64,000 nt of DNA, from NCBI GenBank assembly GCA_963836835.1, contig CAWILE010000009.1:133536-197535 (forward strand), in the 5' to 3' direction. Made by a program: the position numbers and the translations under genes. Positions within the stretch are counted from its first letter, which is position 1; each line of letters opens with the position of its first letter. Shown piece after piece: positions 10,294 to 20,011 of this stretch. Origin of the DNA: an uncultured Acidobacteriaceae bacterium. GTDB lineage: Bacteria > Acidobacteriota > Terriglobia > Terriglobales > Acidobacteriaceae. Below the pieces are notes generated by a model. That model was not told the DNA's origin. It searched no databases and saw only the letters and a program-made list of their open reading frames with translations.

Positions 10294-10821
10294 CTATGAT
10301 CGCGAACCGGACAGCAATGAAGGTAACAACAAACTGCGGCCAAACGATATCCGCGGCCGAACAACGGCCGCGGATCGTTGCAGCGTTATAGATAGATTAC
10401 CGGTTTCCGGCGATTTCGGTGTGATGATGGCGACATGATCCACGCCTGCCGACCGGGCGACATCTATGCTTCCAGCAACCGGATTGAAGTCGAGCTCCCT
10501 GTCGCCTTCGAGAAACAGGACCTTCGTGGGACGGGTCGAAAAGATACTCTGCAGCCTCCCACCAAGCTCCTCCCTCGCGACACTCGTGTCGTTGATCTTA
10601 TAGGCAATTCGGCCCTTGCTTGTCCGCGAAATACGCAGCACCACTGGATTCTCAAGCTGCTGCGCTCCATTGCTTTCCGACGTATTTGGCAGGAGCGCTT
10701 CCAGTCCCTTTGGTGAAGCCGGCGCGATAGCCATGAAGATGATGAGCAACACCAGCTGGATGTCGATCATCGGAGTGACGTTAATTTCCGAAGAAAGCCC
10801 GCGAGTCATAGCCGACGTCAT
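10294..10821 (-). CDS. ExbD/TolR-family protein (third copy, diverged)
   Basis: EINVTPMIDIQLVLLIIFM, KVLFLEGDRELDF; GAAGGGG RBS before ATG 10821. Confidence 0.8.
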   Translation of the reverse strand: MTSAMTRGLSSEINVTPMIDIQLVLLIIFMAIAPASPKGLEALLPNTSESNGAQQLENPVVLRISRTSKGRIAYKINDTSVAREELGGRLQSIFSTRPTKVLFLEGDRELDFNPVAGSIDVARSAGVDHVAIITPKSPETGNLSITLQRSAAVVRPRISFGRSLLLPSLLSGSRS

Positions 10822-10971
10822 GCTTGGCGCCCCTTCCCGTTGCCGAGTGTCACAGTATTCGACATCCACAGGGAGCCGGAGGTTCCCGCAGCTAGCCATA
10901 ACTCGTGTGGCCTCTCCCGAAGGAAAGGCCACGGAGCAATTCGTGCGGCTTATCCGGGCGGAGGGAGGACC

Positions 10972-11406
10972 TTACTGACCGGCCTGGATCTTGGGCGTGA
11001 TCAAACCGACGTGGTCCACCCCGGCGCCTTTCGCAATATCAATGGCATTTGCCACCGGACCAAAATCCAGGTCCTTGTCGCCCTTGATGAACATCACCTT
11101 GGTCGCACGCGTCGCGAAGATCGTTTGTAGCTTGCCTGCGAGATCGGTCTTCTGGACGTCGGTCTCGTTGATCTTGTAGGCCGGCTGACCGCCGTTCGTA
11201 TGCAGGATCTGCACGACGATGGCGGTGTCGTTTTCCTTCTGCGGCTGATTGTTCTTGGGCGGCTGCGGCACCAGCGCCTCCAGGCCATGGGGCGTAACCG
11301 GCGTGATGGCCATAAAGATGATCAGCAGCACCAGAAGGATATCGATCATCGGGGTTACGTTGATGTCGGAGGAGAGTCCGCCGTGACCGCCTGTTGCGAA
11401 TGCCAT
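10972..11406 (-). CDS. exbD: ExbD/TolR-family protein
   Basis: DINVTPMIDILLVLLIIFM. Confidence 0.9.
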   Translation of the reverse strand: MAFATGGHGGLSSDINVTPMIDILLVLLIIFMAITPVTPHGLEALVPQPPKNNQPQKENDTAIVVQILHTNGGQPAYKINETDVQKTDLAGKLQTIFATRATKVMFIKGDKDLDFGPVANAIDIAKGAGVDHVGLITPKIQAGQ

Positions 11407-11451
11407 GAGAAATTCCTCGATTCTTCAAGCCCCGCGCATGGCGGGGTCGTG

Positions 11452-11895
<444 letters not shown>

Positions 11896-12024
11896 ATCTG
11901 CTCCCTGGGGCGCTCCCCCGGGTTGGAGTCGTACCGGAATGCCACCGTGACGGGAAGGAGGGTGGCAGGGCCCGGAAGCCCCGCCACGATCGATTCTCGC
12001 TGGCAGCGTCGCAGTAGGCCGCGA

Positions 12025-12777
12025 TTAACGGCGCTGCGACTGCTTGATGAAGTAATCCACCAGCTCGCTCGAGGAGTTGTCCATCTCCACGTCAAACGCC
12101 TCGACCTTATTGGTGAAATAGTTGAACAGCATCACGGCCGGAATGGCGACCAGCAGACCGAATGCCGTGGTCACCAGCGCCTCCGAGATACCGCCGGCGA
12201 TCGCGCCGATACCAGCCGACTTCTGCGTAGCGATCTGTTGGAAGGCATTCAAAATACCGACCACGGTGCCGAACAGTCCGATGAACGGAGCCGTCGAACC
12301 GATCGTGGCCAGACCGCCCAGACCGCGCTTCAGCTTCGCATGCACGATAGCCTCGGCACGTTCCAGCGCGCGCTTGCTGGACTCGATCTGATCTTCGGTG
12401 ATCGCGCCACCATTGCCATAGCTGCGGAACTCCTGCAGACCCGCGGTAACCACCTCGGCAAGGTGCGACTTCTTGTTGCGGTCCGCTACTTTAACGGCCT
12501 CGTCCAGCTTGCCTTCGCGCAGGGCGCCGGCAACCTTGGGCGCGAACTCACGCGACTGCTTGCGGGCAGCGTTGAAATAGATCGCACGGTCGATAATCAC
12601 AGCCAGCGACCAGATCGACATTATGAACAGGATGATCACCACGGCCTTGGCCGGAATGCCCATTCTCGCCCACATCTCGGGGAGGCTGAATCCAACCGCA
12701 CCGCCCTGGTCCTGAAACCACAGACCAAGGTTCGAAATGTGGGGAACGACGTGTTGAGTGAGCTGAGCGAGAATCAC
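12025..12777 (-). CDS. exbB: MotA/TolQ/ExbB proton channel protein
   Basis: LATIGSTAPFIGLFGTV, GISEALVTTAFGLLVAIPA. Confidence 0.9.
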   Translation of the reverse strand: MILAQLTQHVVPHISNLGLWFQDQGGAVGFSLPEMWARMGIPAKAVVIILFIMSIWSLAVIIDRAIYFNAARKQSREFAPKVAGALREGKLDEAVKVADRNKKSHLAEVVTAGLQEFRSYGNGGAITEDQIESSKRALERAEAIVHAKLKRGLGGLATIGSTAPFIGLFGTVVGILNAFQQIATQKSAGIGAIAGGISEALVTTAFGLLVAIPAVMLFNYFTNKVEAFDVEMDNSSSELVDYFIKQSQRR

Positions 12778-12861
12778 TGAATCTTTCCTCCTGGGTGATG
12801 CAGAAGCTTTGAACTAGAGTCGATTGGGGTCGATGTACTCACAAAGCACCCCGATGCTATC

Positions 12862-12901
12862 ACTGGCCTCTTCACATCCCGTATGACACGAAGAGGCCAG
12901 T
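12862..12901. other. Intergenic stem-loop between tonB and exbB
   Basis: Perfect 12-bp inverted repeat actggcctcttc/gaagaggccagt with no U-tail. Confidence 0.6.
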
Positions 12902-12942
12902 TGGTGGATGGTCATCTTCCTCGCCGGAGGAAGACTCGGATA

Positions 12943-13656
12943 TCAGCCGCCGAGGTTGAACACCACGTTCACCGTGGTTTCCACCTCAACCGGCTCGCCA
13001 TTTAAATCGTATGGCTTATATCTCCAGGTTCTCACGGCTTCGAGGGCCGACTGTGTCAGCATAGGGGGCCCGCTGATGACGTGCAGATTCTCGATCGTGC
13101 CCTGCTTTGAAATTGTGGCCTGCAGCACCACGGTTCCTGAGATGCGCGCTGCCCGGGCAATCGGTGGATAGGTCGGGTTCGTGCCGCTAATCTTGAGTCC
13201 GGCAATCACGCCCGATGAAATCGCGATCTTCTTCGGTGCAGCAGCCTTTACCACTGGCGCCGGACCAGAGCCCACGCCACCCAGAATGCCGCCGATCGCG
13301 CCGCCCGAGCCCATGCCTTCCATGCCGGCCACACCTTGATTCGTCGGTGGTGGCGGCTCTTCCTTCACCTGCTTGATCTCATGCGGAATCTTGGTAGGCG
13401 CCTCGAACGGGTTCACCGTCTGCACGTGGACTTTCACCGGAGCCTGCGGGGGTGGCGGCGGGGGTGGCGGCGGGGGCGGCGGGGGCGCCACCAGCAGCGT
13501 TGCCATCATGTTCTTTGGCAGAGACTCAAGATGCATCAGCGGCCAAAGAATGAGCCCGATCACGACTGCGACATTGATAACGAGCGCAAGAATCGACCAG
13601 TACTTGCTCTTCGTTTTGATCTTGTGGCCGGATTCCATCAGGGCGTCTTCGAACAT
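12943..13656 (-). CDS. tonB: Energy transducer TonB
   Basis: N-terminal TM, poly-Pro linker, C-domain PTYPPIARAARISGTVVL...AVRTWRYKP. Confidence 0.9.
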   Translation of the reverse strand: MFEDALMESGHKIKTKSKYWSILALVINVAVVIGLILWPLMHLESLPKNMMATLLVAPPPPPPPPPPPPPQAPVKVHVQTVNPFEAPTKIPHEIKQVKEEPPPPTNQGVAGMEGMGSGGAIGGILGGVGSGPAPVVKAAAPKKIAISSGVIAGLKISGTNPTYPPIARAARISGTVVLQATISKQGTIENLHVISGPPMLTQSALEAVRTWRYKPYDLNGEPVEVETTVNVVFNLGG

Positions 13657-13879
13657 GGCTTACCTCGAAATACAGGCGTGCTAGACGCCAAAGGCTCCGC
13701 TCCCTCGGGCAACACCCGGCCACTCTCCGCCTGGAGAGCAGTCATGCCGTCAACGAAGGCCACGGAGACTGGGTCTGCGACTTCTTGGCTATAGACACCT
13801 GCGCCCCTATGAATTGTTCCCATATTTATCAAAATTTTTGACCTGCACCGAAAGTAGTGCAGCTCATCAGAAATCGCCG

Positions 13880-15106
13880 CTATACCCGTGCCCGCTTCGC
13901 CGCCGGAAGAGCCGCTGCCTTCGCATGTCCGGCACGCCACTCCTGCCAGGCCACCAGCATCGGCGCCGCCACCGCGATGGATGAATAGGTGCCGATCAGG
14001 ATGCCCACCACCAGAGCAAACGAAAAGCCATGCAGCACCTCGCCGCCAAACAGGAACAGCGAAAGCACTGTCAGGAACGTCAGTCCCGAAGTCAGCACAG
14101 TCCGGCTTAGCGTCTGGTTGATGCTGCGATTCACCAGCGTGGCCAGCGGCTCGCGCCGGGTCAGCCGCAGGTTTTCGCGAATGCGGTCGAAAACCACGAT
14201 GGTGTCGTTCATCGAGTAGCCGACCAGCGTCAGGATGGCGGCGATCACGGTCAGGGTCAGCTCTTTGTTCATCAGCGAGAAGGCCCCGATGGTGATCAGC
14301 GTGTCATGGAAGACTGCCACTACGGCCGCAACGCCGTAGATCAGCTCAAAGCGCCACCATAGGTAGATCAGCATGCCGAGCAGCGAATACAGCGTTGCCC
14401 GGATCGCTTGCCCGCGAAGCTGCGCTCCTACCTGTGGGCCCACAATTTCCGTATTGAAAACGTGAAAGCCCGAGATATAGGTCTGCTGCTCGAGCAGCGA
14501 GACTACTGCTGGATCGGCCATACTCTTCAGCGTGGCAAAGCTCGGGACCAGCCCGTCTCCCTGCTTGTCGCGGTAGTTCAGGATGGCGTCCGCCTGCGCC
14601 GTGTACTTTGTTCTGCCGGCGTCTGTCCCAAGGTGCTCGGGGTCCTGCTGCAGCAGATAGTCAGCCAGCGTGCCGGAGCCCACATTGTCCAGGTCGAGCT
14701 TGCCCGAACTGGCATTTTGGTTAGCCGCGCCGGTCGTGGAGTAGTGCGCACCCAGCGCCTTCACGATCGTCTCGCTGCCCGCCTCGGCGTTCGACTCCTG
14801 CATTTCCTTCTCGGGAAGCGAGATGATCACCTGGTTCGACGGCTCGCGTCCGATCTGGTTGCCAAATGGCTGAATGCGGCTGTCGCGAATGCCGGCGCGG
14901 TCCACGGCGTCACGGATGCGGTCGGCCGAAGGCGGCTGGTCGAACTTCACATACACCAGCGTGCCGCCTTTGAAATCGATACCCAGCGGAATGCCATGCC
15001 AGAAGAAAATCGAGACCAGCCCGGCAATGCTGAAAATGAGAGAGAAGCCAAGGAAATACCACTTCTTCCCCAGCCAGTCGATCTTTACGTCGTGAAACAG
15101 TTCCAC
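13880..15106 (-). CDS. secF: Protein translocase subunit SecF
   Basis: LGIDFKGGT, VGPQVG, GYSMNDTIVVFDRIRE, GTYSS. Confidence 0.95.
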   Translation of the reverse strand: MELFHDVKIDWLGKKWYFLGFSLIFSIAGLVSIFFWHGIPLGIDFKGGTLVYVKFDQPPSADRIRDAVDRAGIRDSRIQPFGNQIGREPSNQVIISLPEKEMQESNAEAGSETIVKALGAHYSTTGAANQNASSGKLDLDNVGSGTLADYLLQQDPEHLGTDAGRTKYTAQADAILNYRDKQGDGLVPSFATLKSMADPAVVSLLEQQTYISGFHVFNTEIVGPQVGAQLRGQAIRATLYSLLGMLIYLWWRFELIYGVAAVVAVFHDTLITIGAFSLMNKELTLTVIAAILTLVGYSMNDTIVVFDRIRENLRLTRREPLATLVNRSINQTLSRTVLTSGLTFLTVLSLFLFGGEVLHGFSFALVVGILIGTYSSIAVAAPMLVAWQEWRAGHAKAAALPAAKRARV

Positions 15107-15255
15107 GTGAACTCCGTTGAGCGCGACGAGCCCTCAGCCCGCCACACCAATTTGTCATCCTGAGCAAGACGAATCATCTGCACTCGCCTGCTCCACAACT
15201 ATCTGTGTCGGCGCGAAGCGCCGCTCAGCCAAACTTTGCTGCTTCCTGCGTCAAC

Positions 15256-15402
15256 CTATTTCCTGCAAAACAACTTTCCCGCCACGCCGCGTGCTACCGT
15301 ACGCTCTGCCGCTACCGTGGCCACAATCAGCAGGGCGCCCGTCGCGATACCGAGTCCGATCAGCCCCGCCGCCGTCGCAGCACTCACAATTGCTAATCTC
15401 AT
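15256..15402 (-). CDS. Putative 48-aa single-TM small protein between secD and secF
   Basis: GAAGGAGGG RBS about 9 nt before ATG; hydrophobic MRLAIVSAATAAGLIGLGIATGALLIVATVAA. Confidence 0.5.
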   Translation of the reverse strand: MRLAIVSAATAAGLIGLGIATGALLIVATVAAERTVARGVAGKLFCRK

Positions 15403-15518
15403 TTCAGATCGCCCTCCTTCACTTCCAAGTAACCGCGTTTTATCCGTTCCGCGCGAAAGCCACCACGCGCGACCATCGGGAGCCGAGGCAGCGACTGCCG
15501 CGCCCATGCGGTCAACCC

Positions 15519-17120
15519 TCAGATGGAAAGCGCCTCCCCGCGCTGCTTGCGGGTCAGAATCCCATCGAAAATCGTCCGCGAGACAAACACCGCTGTGAAC
15601 AGGTTCGCGCCGAGACCGAAAACCAGCGTCACAGCAAAGCCCTTGACCGGCCCCGTACCGAAGAGGAAGAGAATCGCCGCCGAGACCATCGTCGTCACGT
15701 GGGTATCCAGAATCGTCGTCCAGGCATGGGCAAAGCCCTGGTCCACGGACGCTGCCGCCGACTTGCCCGCATGAATCTCTTCCCGGATGCGCTCGAAGAT
15801 CAGCACATTCGAGTCCACGCCCATACCGACCGTCAGGATCACGCCTGCGATCCCCGGCAGCGTCATTGTCGCGCCGGTAAAGCCCATGAAGCCGAGCAGG
15901 ATCACCAGATTCAGGAAGAGCGCGAGGTCCGCATTGATGCCGGCGCCCTTGTAGTACACCAGCATGAAGATCATCACCGCCAGCATGCCGACAATCGACG
16001 CCGTTACGCCCTTGCGGATTGAGTCCGCGCCCAGAGATGGTCCTACCGTGCGCTCTTCAAGATAGTGGATCGAGGCCGGCAGGGCGCCCGTCCGCAGCAT
16101 CAGGGACAGGTCTTTAGCCTTCTGCTCGCCCAGGCCGGAGATGCGACCCTGGTCACGGATCGCCTCCTGAATGTTCGCAACCTCCTGGACCTTGTTGTCC
16201 AGCACCACGGCCATCGGCTTGTTTACGTTCTTGCTGGTGAAGTCGTAGAAGCGGTCGCCCGCCGCGCGCGTCAGGATAAAGGTCGCGTCGGGACGACCGT
16301 TCTCATCCCGCCCCGGCTGCGCGTCACGAAAGTCCGAACCGGAAACCACCGCAATTCGCTGCAGCAGGTAGTACTGCCCCTGTTCCGCGCTATTCGTTCC
16401 GCCGTACTGCAGCAGCTCCTGGTCCGGTGGAATCACTCCGCCATTCGCCTGCTTCGCTGCATCCTGAGTTGCGAAGGGTCCGCCGGTAACCGCATGGATC
16501 TCCAGCCGTGCCGTGGACTGGATGATGTCGCGCACCCGGCCCGGATCATCCACGCCCGGCAGCTCCACCAGGATCTGGTTTTTGCCCAGCCCATATTCCT
16601 GCACCGTCGGCTCGGTCACGCCCAGCGAGTTGATACGCGTCGTGATGGTCTCGATCGAGTTCTGCATGGCCTTCTTTTCAAGGGCCTGCTGCTCACTTAC
16701 CTTCAGCTTCAGCGTGAAGCCGTCTGGCGTGGAGCTGATGTCGTACTGCTGACCGTACTTGGTGTCCAGCGTGTTGCGCACATCTCCCGACTTATCCGCC
16801 GGCACACCGCTGATCGCGATAGTCAGCGGATCGGAGGGGTTGGGCTTCAGGATCGACCCCACCTGGACACCCGCCGCCTGCAGGTCGGTCTGCAGGCGCC
16901 CGAGCGCATTGTCCGTCTCGGCGCTTACCGCCTCATCGACCATCACCTGCAGCACCAGGTGAGTGCCGCCCTTCAGGTCAAGGCCCAGGTTGATGCGCCT
17001 GGCCAGCGCATCTTTGAGCGCGTCGCCGCCAATCCCGTGCGGAACACCGAAGATCCCGAAGATGAAGACCAGCAGGATGGCAACAATAAGAATGGTTCGA
17101 GTCGTGAGAGTCTTGCGCAT
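15519..17120 (-). CDS. secD: Protein translocase subunit SecD
   Basis: NLGLDLKGG, RINSLGVTEP, VGPSLG, GMGVDSNVLIFERIREE. Confidence 0.95.
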   Translation of the reverse strand: MRKTLTTRTILIVAILLVFIFGIFGVPHGIGGDALKDALARRINLGLDLKGGTHLVLQVMVDEAVSAETDNALGRLQTDLQAAGVQVGSILKPNPSDPLTIAISGVPADKSGDVRNTLDTKYGQQYDISSTPDGFTLKLKVSEQQALEKKAMQNSIETITTRINSLGVTEPTVQEYGLGKNQILVELPGVDDPGRVRDIIQSTARLEIHAVTGGPFATQDAAKQANGGVIPPDQELLQYGGTNSAEQGQYYLLQRIAVVSGSDFRDAQPGRDENGRPDATFILTRAAGDRFYDFTSKNVNKPMAVVLDNKVQEVANIQEAIRDQGRISGLGEQKAKDLSLMLRTGALPASIHYLEERTVGPSLGADSIRKGVTASIVGMLAVMIFMLVYYKGAGINADLALFLNLVILLGFMGFTGATMTLPGIAGVILTVGMGVDSNVLIFERIREEIHAGKSAAASVDQGFAHAWTTILDTHVTTMVSAAILFLFGTGPVKGFAVTLVFGLGANLFTAVFVSRTIFDGILTRKQRGEALSI

Positions 17121-17162
17121 GATGACAGCTACTTCGCTTCCTCTGGTTGGGGCTATTTAGAC

Positions 17163-17477
17163 CTATTTCGCTTCTTCGGGTGTATTCGTGGTCACGGAGG
17201 CTATGGCCGACTTCACGATCTCCACCTTGACGCCGTCCGGCGGCAGCTTCAGCTGGATCGCGTCGTCGCGCAGCGCCACGATCGTGCCGCGCATCCCGCC
17301 TGTGGTCGTAATCTTGTCGCCGATCTTCAGGCTGTTCAGCATCTCCTGCCACTGCTTCTGTTTCCGCTGATTGGGGCGGAAGAGCAGCAGATAAAACACC
17401 GCCACCATCAGTACGGCGGGGAGAAAGGTGACGAAGCCACTGGGCAGTCCACCTACATAAAGAGCAATCGATTCCAC
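17163..17477 (-). CDS. yajC: Preprotein translocase subunit YajC
   Basis: FYLLLFRPNQRKQK, LKIGDKITTTGGMRG; directly upstream of secD; start re-called at GTG 17477. Confidence 0.9.
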   Translation of the reverse strand: MESIALYVGGLPSGFVTFLPAVLMVAVFYLLLFRPNQRKQKQWQEMLNSLKIGDKITTTGGMRGTIVALRDDAIQLKLPPDGVKVEIVKSAIASVTTNTPEEAK

Positions 17478-17769
17478 GAACAAATCAGTCCTTCTTCCGT
17501 CAGGCTTCCATCCCGCCGCGCCAGCAATGACGCATACGGCCGGCTGCAGCTTTCGGTGCGGAGCACGGGAGGGAAGCAGGTATGGCAGGCAACCGGAGCG
17601 GAGCTCTCGCCCGCCCATCCCGCCCAAATTAGCTGCCCCGCGCGCCCGGAAAGCAAGCGCAGGCAGGACACACAGATCGGTAGGATACCTTAGCAATAAG
17701 CATCCCGGAGCCGCTGGCTTGTGTCAAGAGATCAGGCCAGGGACTTTGCGCGGCGAACTCTCCCCAGCC

Positions 17770-18414
17770 TCAAGCCGGACACGTGTCTGAGAGCGACGCC
17801 GACAGCCCTTCCTGCTCCACCTTGAACGTCATCGCCCCGTTCCGGATGCGAAACACATACATCGTATCGAAATCCTCCTGCGGCCAGAACGGCACCTGCG
17901 CGCGGTCCAGCCGGTAGGAGCGCAGCATCTGGCGCGCAAAGTCGTAGGCGTACTTGTGCTCCCATGCAATAAAGATGGTGCTGTTCGCATACTGCGGCGC
18001 GGTTACCGCTGCCTGCAGGCGGCCTATGTCCGGAAAACCGATCTGCGCGTTCACCGGCACCCCCAGAGCGATGGCCGTAGGCTCAATCGTGGCCAGCGGC
18101 CGCACATAGGAGTAGCCGGTGGTTGTCAGCGAGTGCTCCCGCACCTGCACTGCCGGATCGGGCGCAAAGATCGCATCCGCGCGACCGAACCGGCCGATCA
18201 GCACCTTGGGCAGCGCAAGCGCGCGGTTCAGCCCCCGGCAACTAAGCTGCCCCAGGCCGCCCGCAGCCTTCTCGCCATGCCGGATTACGACAATCGTCGC
18301 GCTGCCACCGGCTGAGCTGTAAGGCGAAGACTGAGATTGCCTGCAGCCGCCAGGCACAAGCGCCAGCCACCCCGCCGCGGCGCAAACTCCGGCGCGAACC
18401 ACCCCCACGCGCAT
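17770..18414 (-). CDS. Histidine-phosphatase-superfamily exported protein
   Basis: IVVIRHGEK, RPLATIEP, IAWEH; signal-like N-terminus with Cys. Confidence 0.7.
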   Translation of the reverse strand: MRVGVVRAGVCAAAGWLALVPGGCRQSQSSPYSSAGGSATIVVIRHGEKAAGGLGQLSCRGLNRALALPKVLIGRFGRADAIFAPDPAVQVREHSLTTTGYSYVRPLATIEPTAIALGVPVNAQIGFPDIGRLQAAVTAPQYANSTIFIAWEHKYAYDFARQMLRSYRLDRAQVPFWPQEDFDTMYVFRIRNGAMTFKVEQEGLSASLSDTCPA

Positions 18415-18491
18415 TACCGAAGATGATCCCGACACTCCCACTCTCCTTGCAATAACCAGACTCGCTACAGATATAACGTACCGAGATGTGG

Positions 18492-19784
18492 CTAATCCGC
18501 CTGCAGAAGCCGGCGAATGGGTTCCTGTCCGCGGGTGGCCAGGATCGCCGCCGCCATCGCGACCGCTCCGATCAGCGGCGAATTTCCAAAGTAGGGTAGT
18601 GCGTCCCAGAAGACTGAGGGATGCGAAACCGTCTCGCCGATCACCGACGCCAGCGGCAGTGCAAATGTCACCCACAGCAGCGCCAGCACCACCCACCGCA
18701 CGATCCGCGAATCGGGGTCCTTTGGCTTTGCCTGAATTACGAAGAGGCACGCAGGGAAGAGCAGCACCTGGTTGTAAATCATCGTCAGGTGCGTCGGGAT
18801 TGCCAGCACAGTAAGCGCAAGGGCCATGCTGACCGCGACTGCGAACCCCGGCGAATCGGGACTCACCCAGCGCAAACGCCACAGGTTCAGACACAAAAAT
18901 CCCGCAATCAGAACCGTGAATGCCAACCCTGCCCAATGACCGAACAGATTTTCCAGTGCGGGAGCAGTATCGGTGGCACTTCCATAACCGGCCAGGGATG
19001 CCCTCCAGCGCGAGATCCAGTGGGGAACAACAGCCTCCGTCAGCACAAGCATGATCGCTAGCGTAATGGCGAACGAAGCCAGCAGCCGCCACACGCGATG
19101 AAGAACTGCCCAGCAGAGAATCCAGGCCAGCAGGATCAGGACAACCTGCGGCTTCACCGTCGCCAGCGCCAGAAGAATTCCGGCGGCGAGCTCCCGCCCG
19201 CGGCTCAGGCAAATGCAGGCCAGAAACATAAATCCTGCGACCAGGAGTGTCGGTTGTTGCAATCGCAACCCCCACAACACCGGCCAACTGCAAACCGCGA
19301 GCGCCAACACCATCGCGATCTGCCATCGCGTCCATCGACGCGGATACATCTCGATGCATCCCCGAAAGCCGAGCAGCAGTAGCGCGCATGTCGCAACAAG
19401 AAAGATCTCGCGTGCCGCCGGCCAGCTGAGATACGCGAGCGGCGCGAGCAGTACGACCAGGTTCGCGGGATAGTCGAACCTCTGTCGCTCCGGATTCGGA
19501 TCGCCCGGGGTCAGCGGATAATGCCCGTAATACATCCGCAGCATGTCCGGCAACACATCCTGTGAATACGGATCGAGCCCAGCGATCGCCGCGCGCGTTC
19601 CCACCCAGCGCGTCACCAGGTCGGAGTAATTCGGACCCATGACGCGGTTGTGAACGTGCAGTTGCCAGAACGAGAAGCACACAGCCAGCGACACGAGTGC
19701 AAAGCCGCGCCAGCCACTCAGGACAAACCTGCGCCGTCCGCTCTCGACGCGCACTGCATTCTCGGCTGTTCGGACGCTCACCAT
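18492..19784 (-). CDS. GT87/DUF2029-like GT-C membrane glycosyltransferase
   Basis: Multi-TM; DL..RWVG...DPYS, FDYP, LQQPT, LATVKPQ. Confidence 0.75.
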   Translation of the reverse strand: MVSVRTAENAVRVESGRRRFVLSGWRGFALVSLAVCFSFWQLHVHNRVMGPNYSDLVTRWVGTRAAIAGLDPYSQDVLPDMLRMYYGHYPLTPGDPNPERQRFDYPANLVVLLAPLAYLSWPAAREIFLVATCALLLLGFRGCIEMYPRRWTRWQIAMVLALAVCSWPVLWGLRLQQPTLLVAGFMFLACICLSRGRELAAGILLALATVKPQVVLILLAWILCWAVLHRVWRLLASFAITLAIMLVLTEAVVPHWISRWRASLAGYGSATDTAPALENLFGHWAGLAFTVLIAGFLCLNLWRLRWVSPDSPGFAVAVSMALALTVLAIPTHLTMIYNQVLLFPACLFVIQAKPKDPDSRIVRWVVLALLWVTFALPLASVIGETVSHPSVFWDALPYFGNSPLIGAVAMAAAILATRGQEPIRRLLQAD

Positions 19785-20011
19785 GCTGCCTGGTTCCAGG
19801 GAAGACAACCAAGTTCTAGTGCACGGCCGTCACGGAATCCAGTCGAATCGTACAGGAGAGAGTTACGGGCGCATCATGGCTCTTATCCGAGCCGGGCAGC
19901 CGCGATTGAGCCTATGGCCGCCTTGCGCGAGGGCTGAAGCGGCACATTCATTGCGAGCTTGCCCGCTTATCAGGACACAGTAAGGGGCGAATGCGTCCGT
20001 GCGGCCAGCAC

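Noticed and set aside
13445-13490. G-rich tandem tract
   Set aside because: Encodes the TonB poly-proline linker.
17770-19812. 680-aa ORF as a single protein
   Set aside because: The first ~465 aa are an alternative-frame shadow of the GT87-like gene; only 17770-18414 has protein-like motifs.
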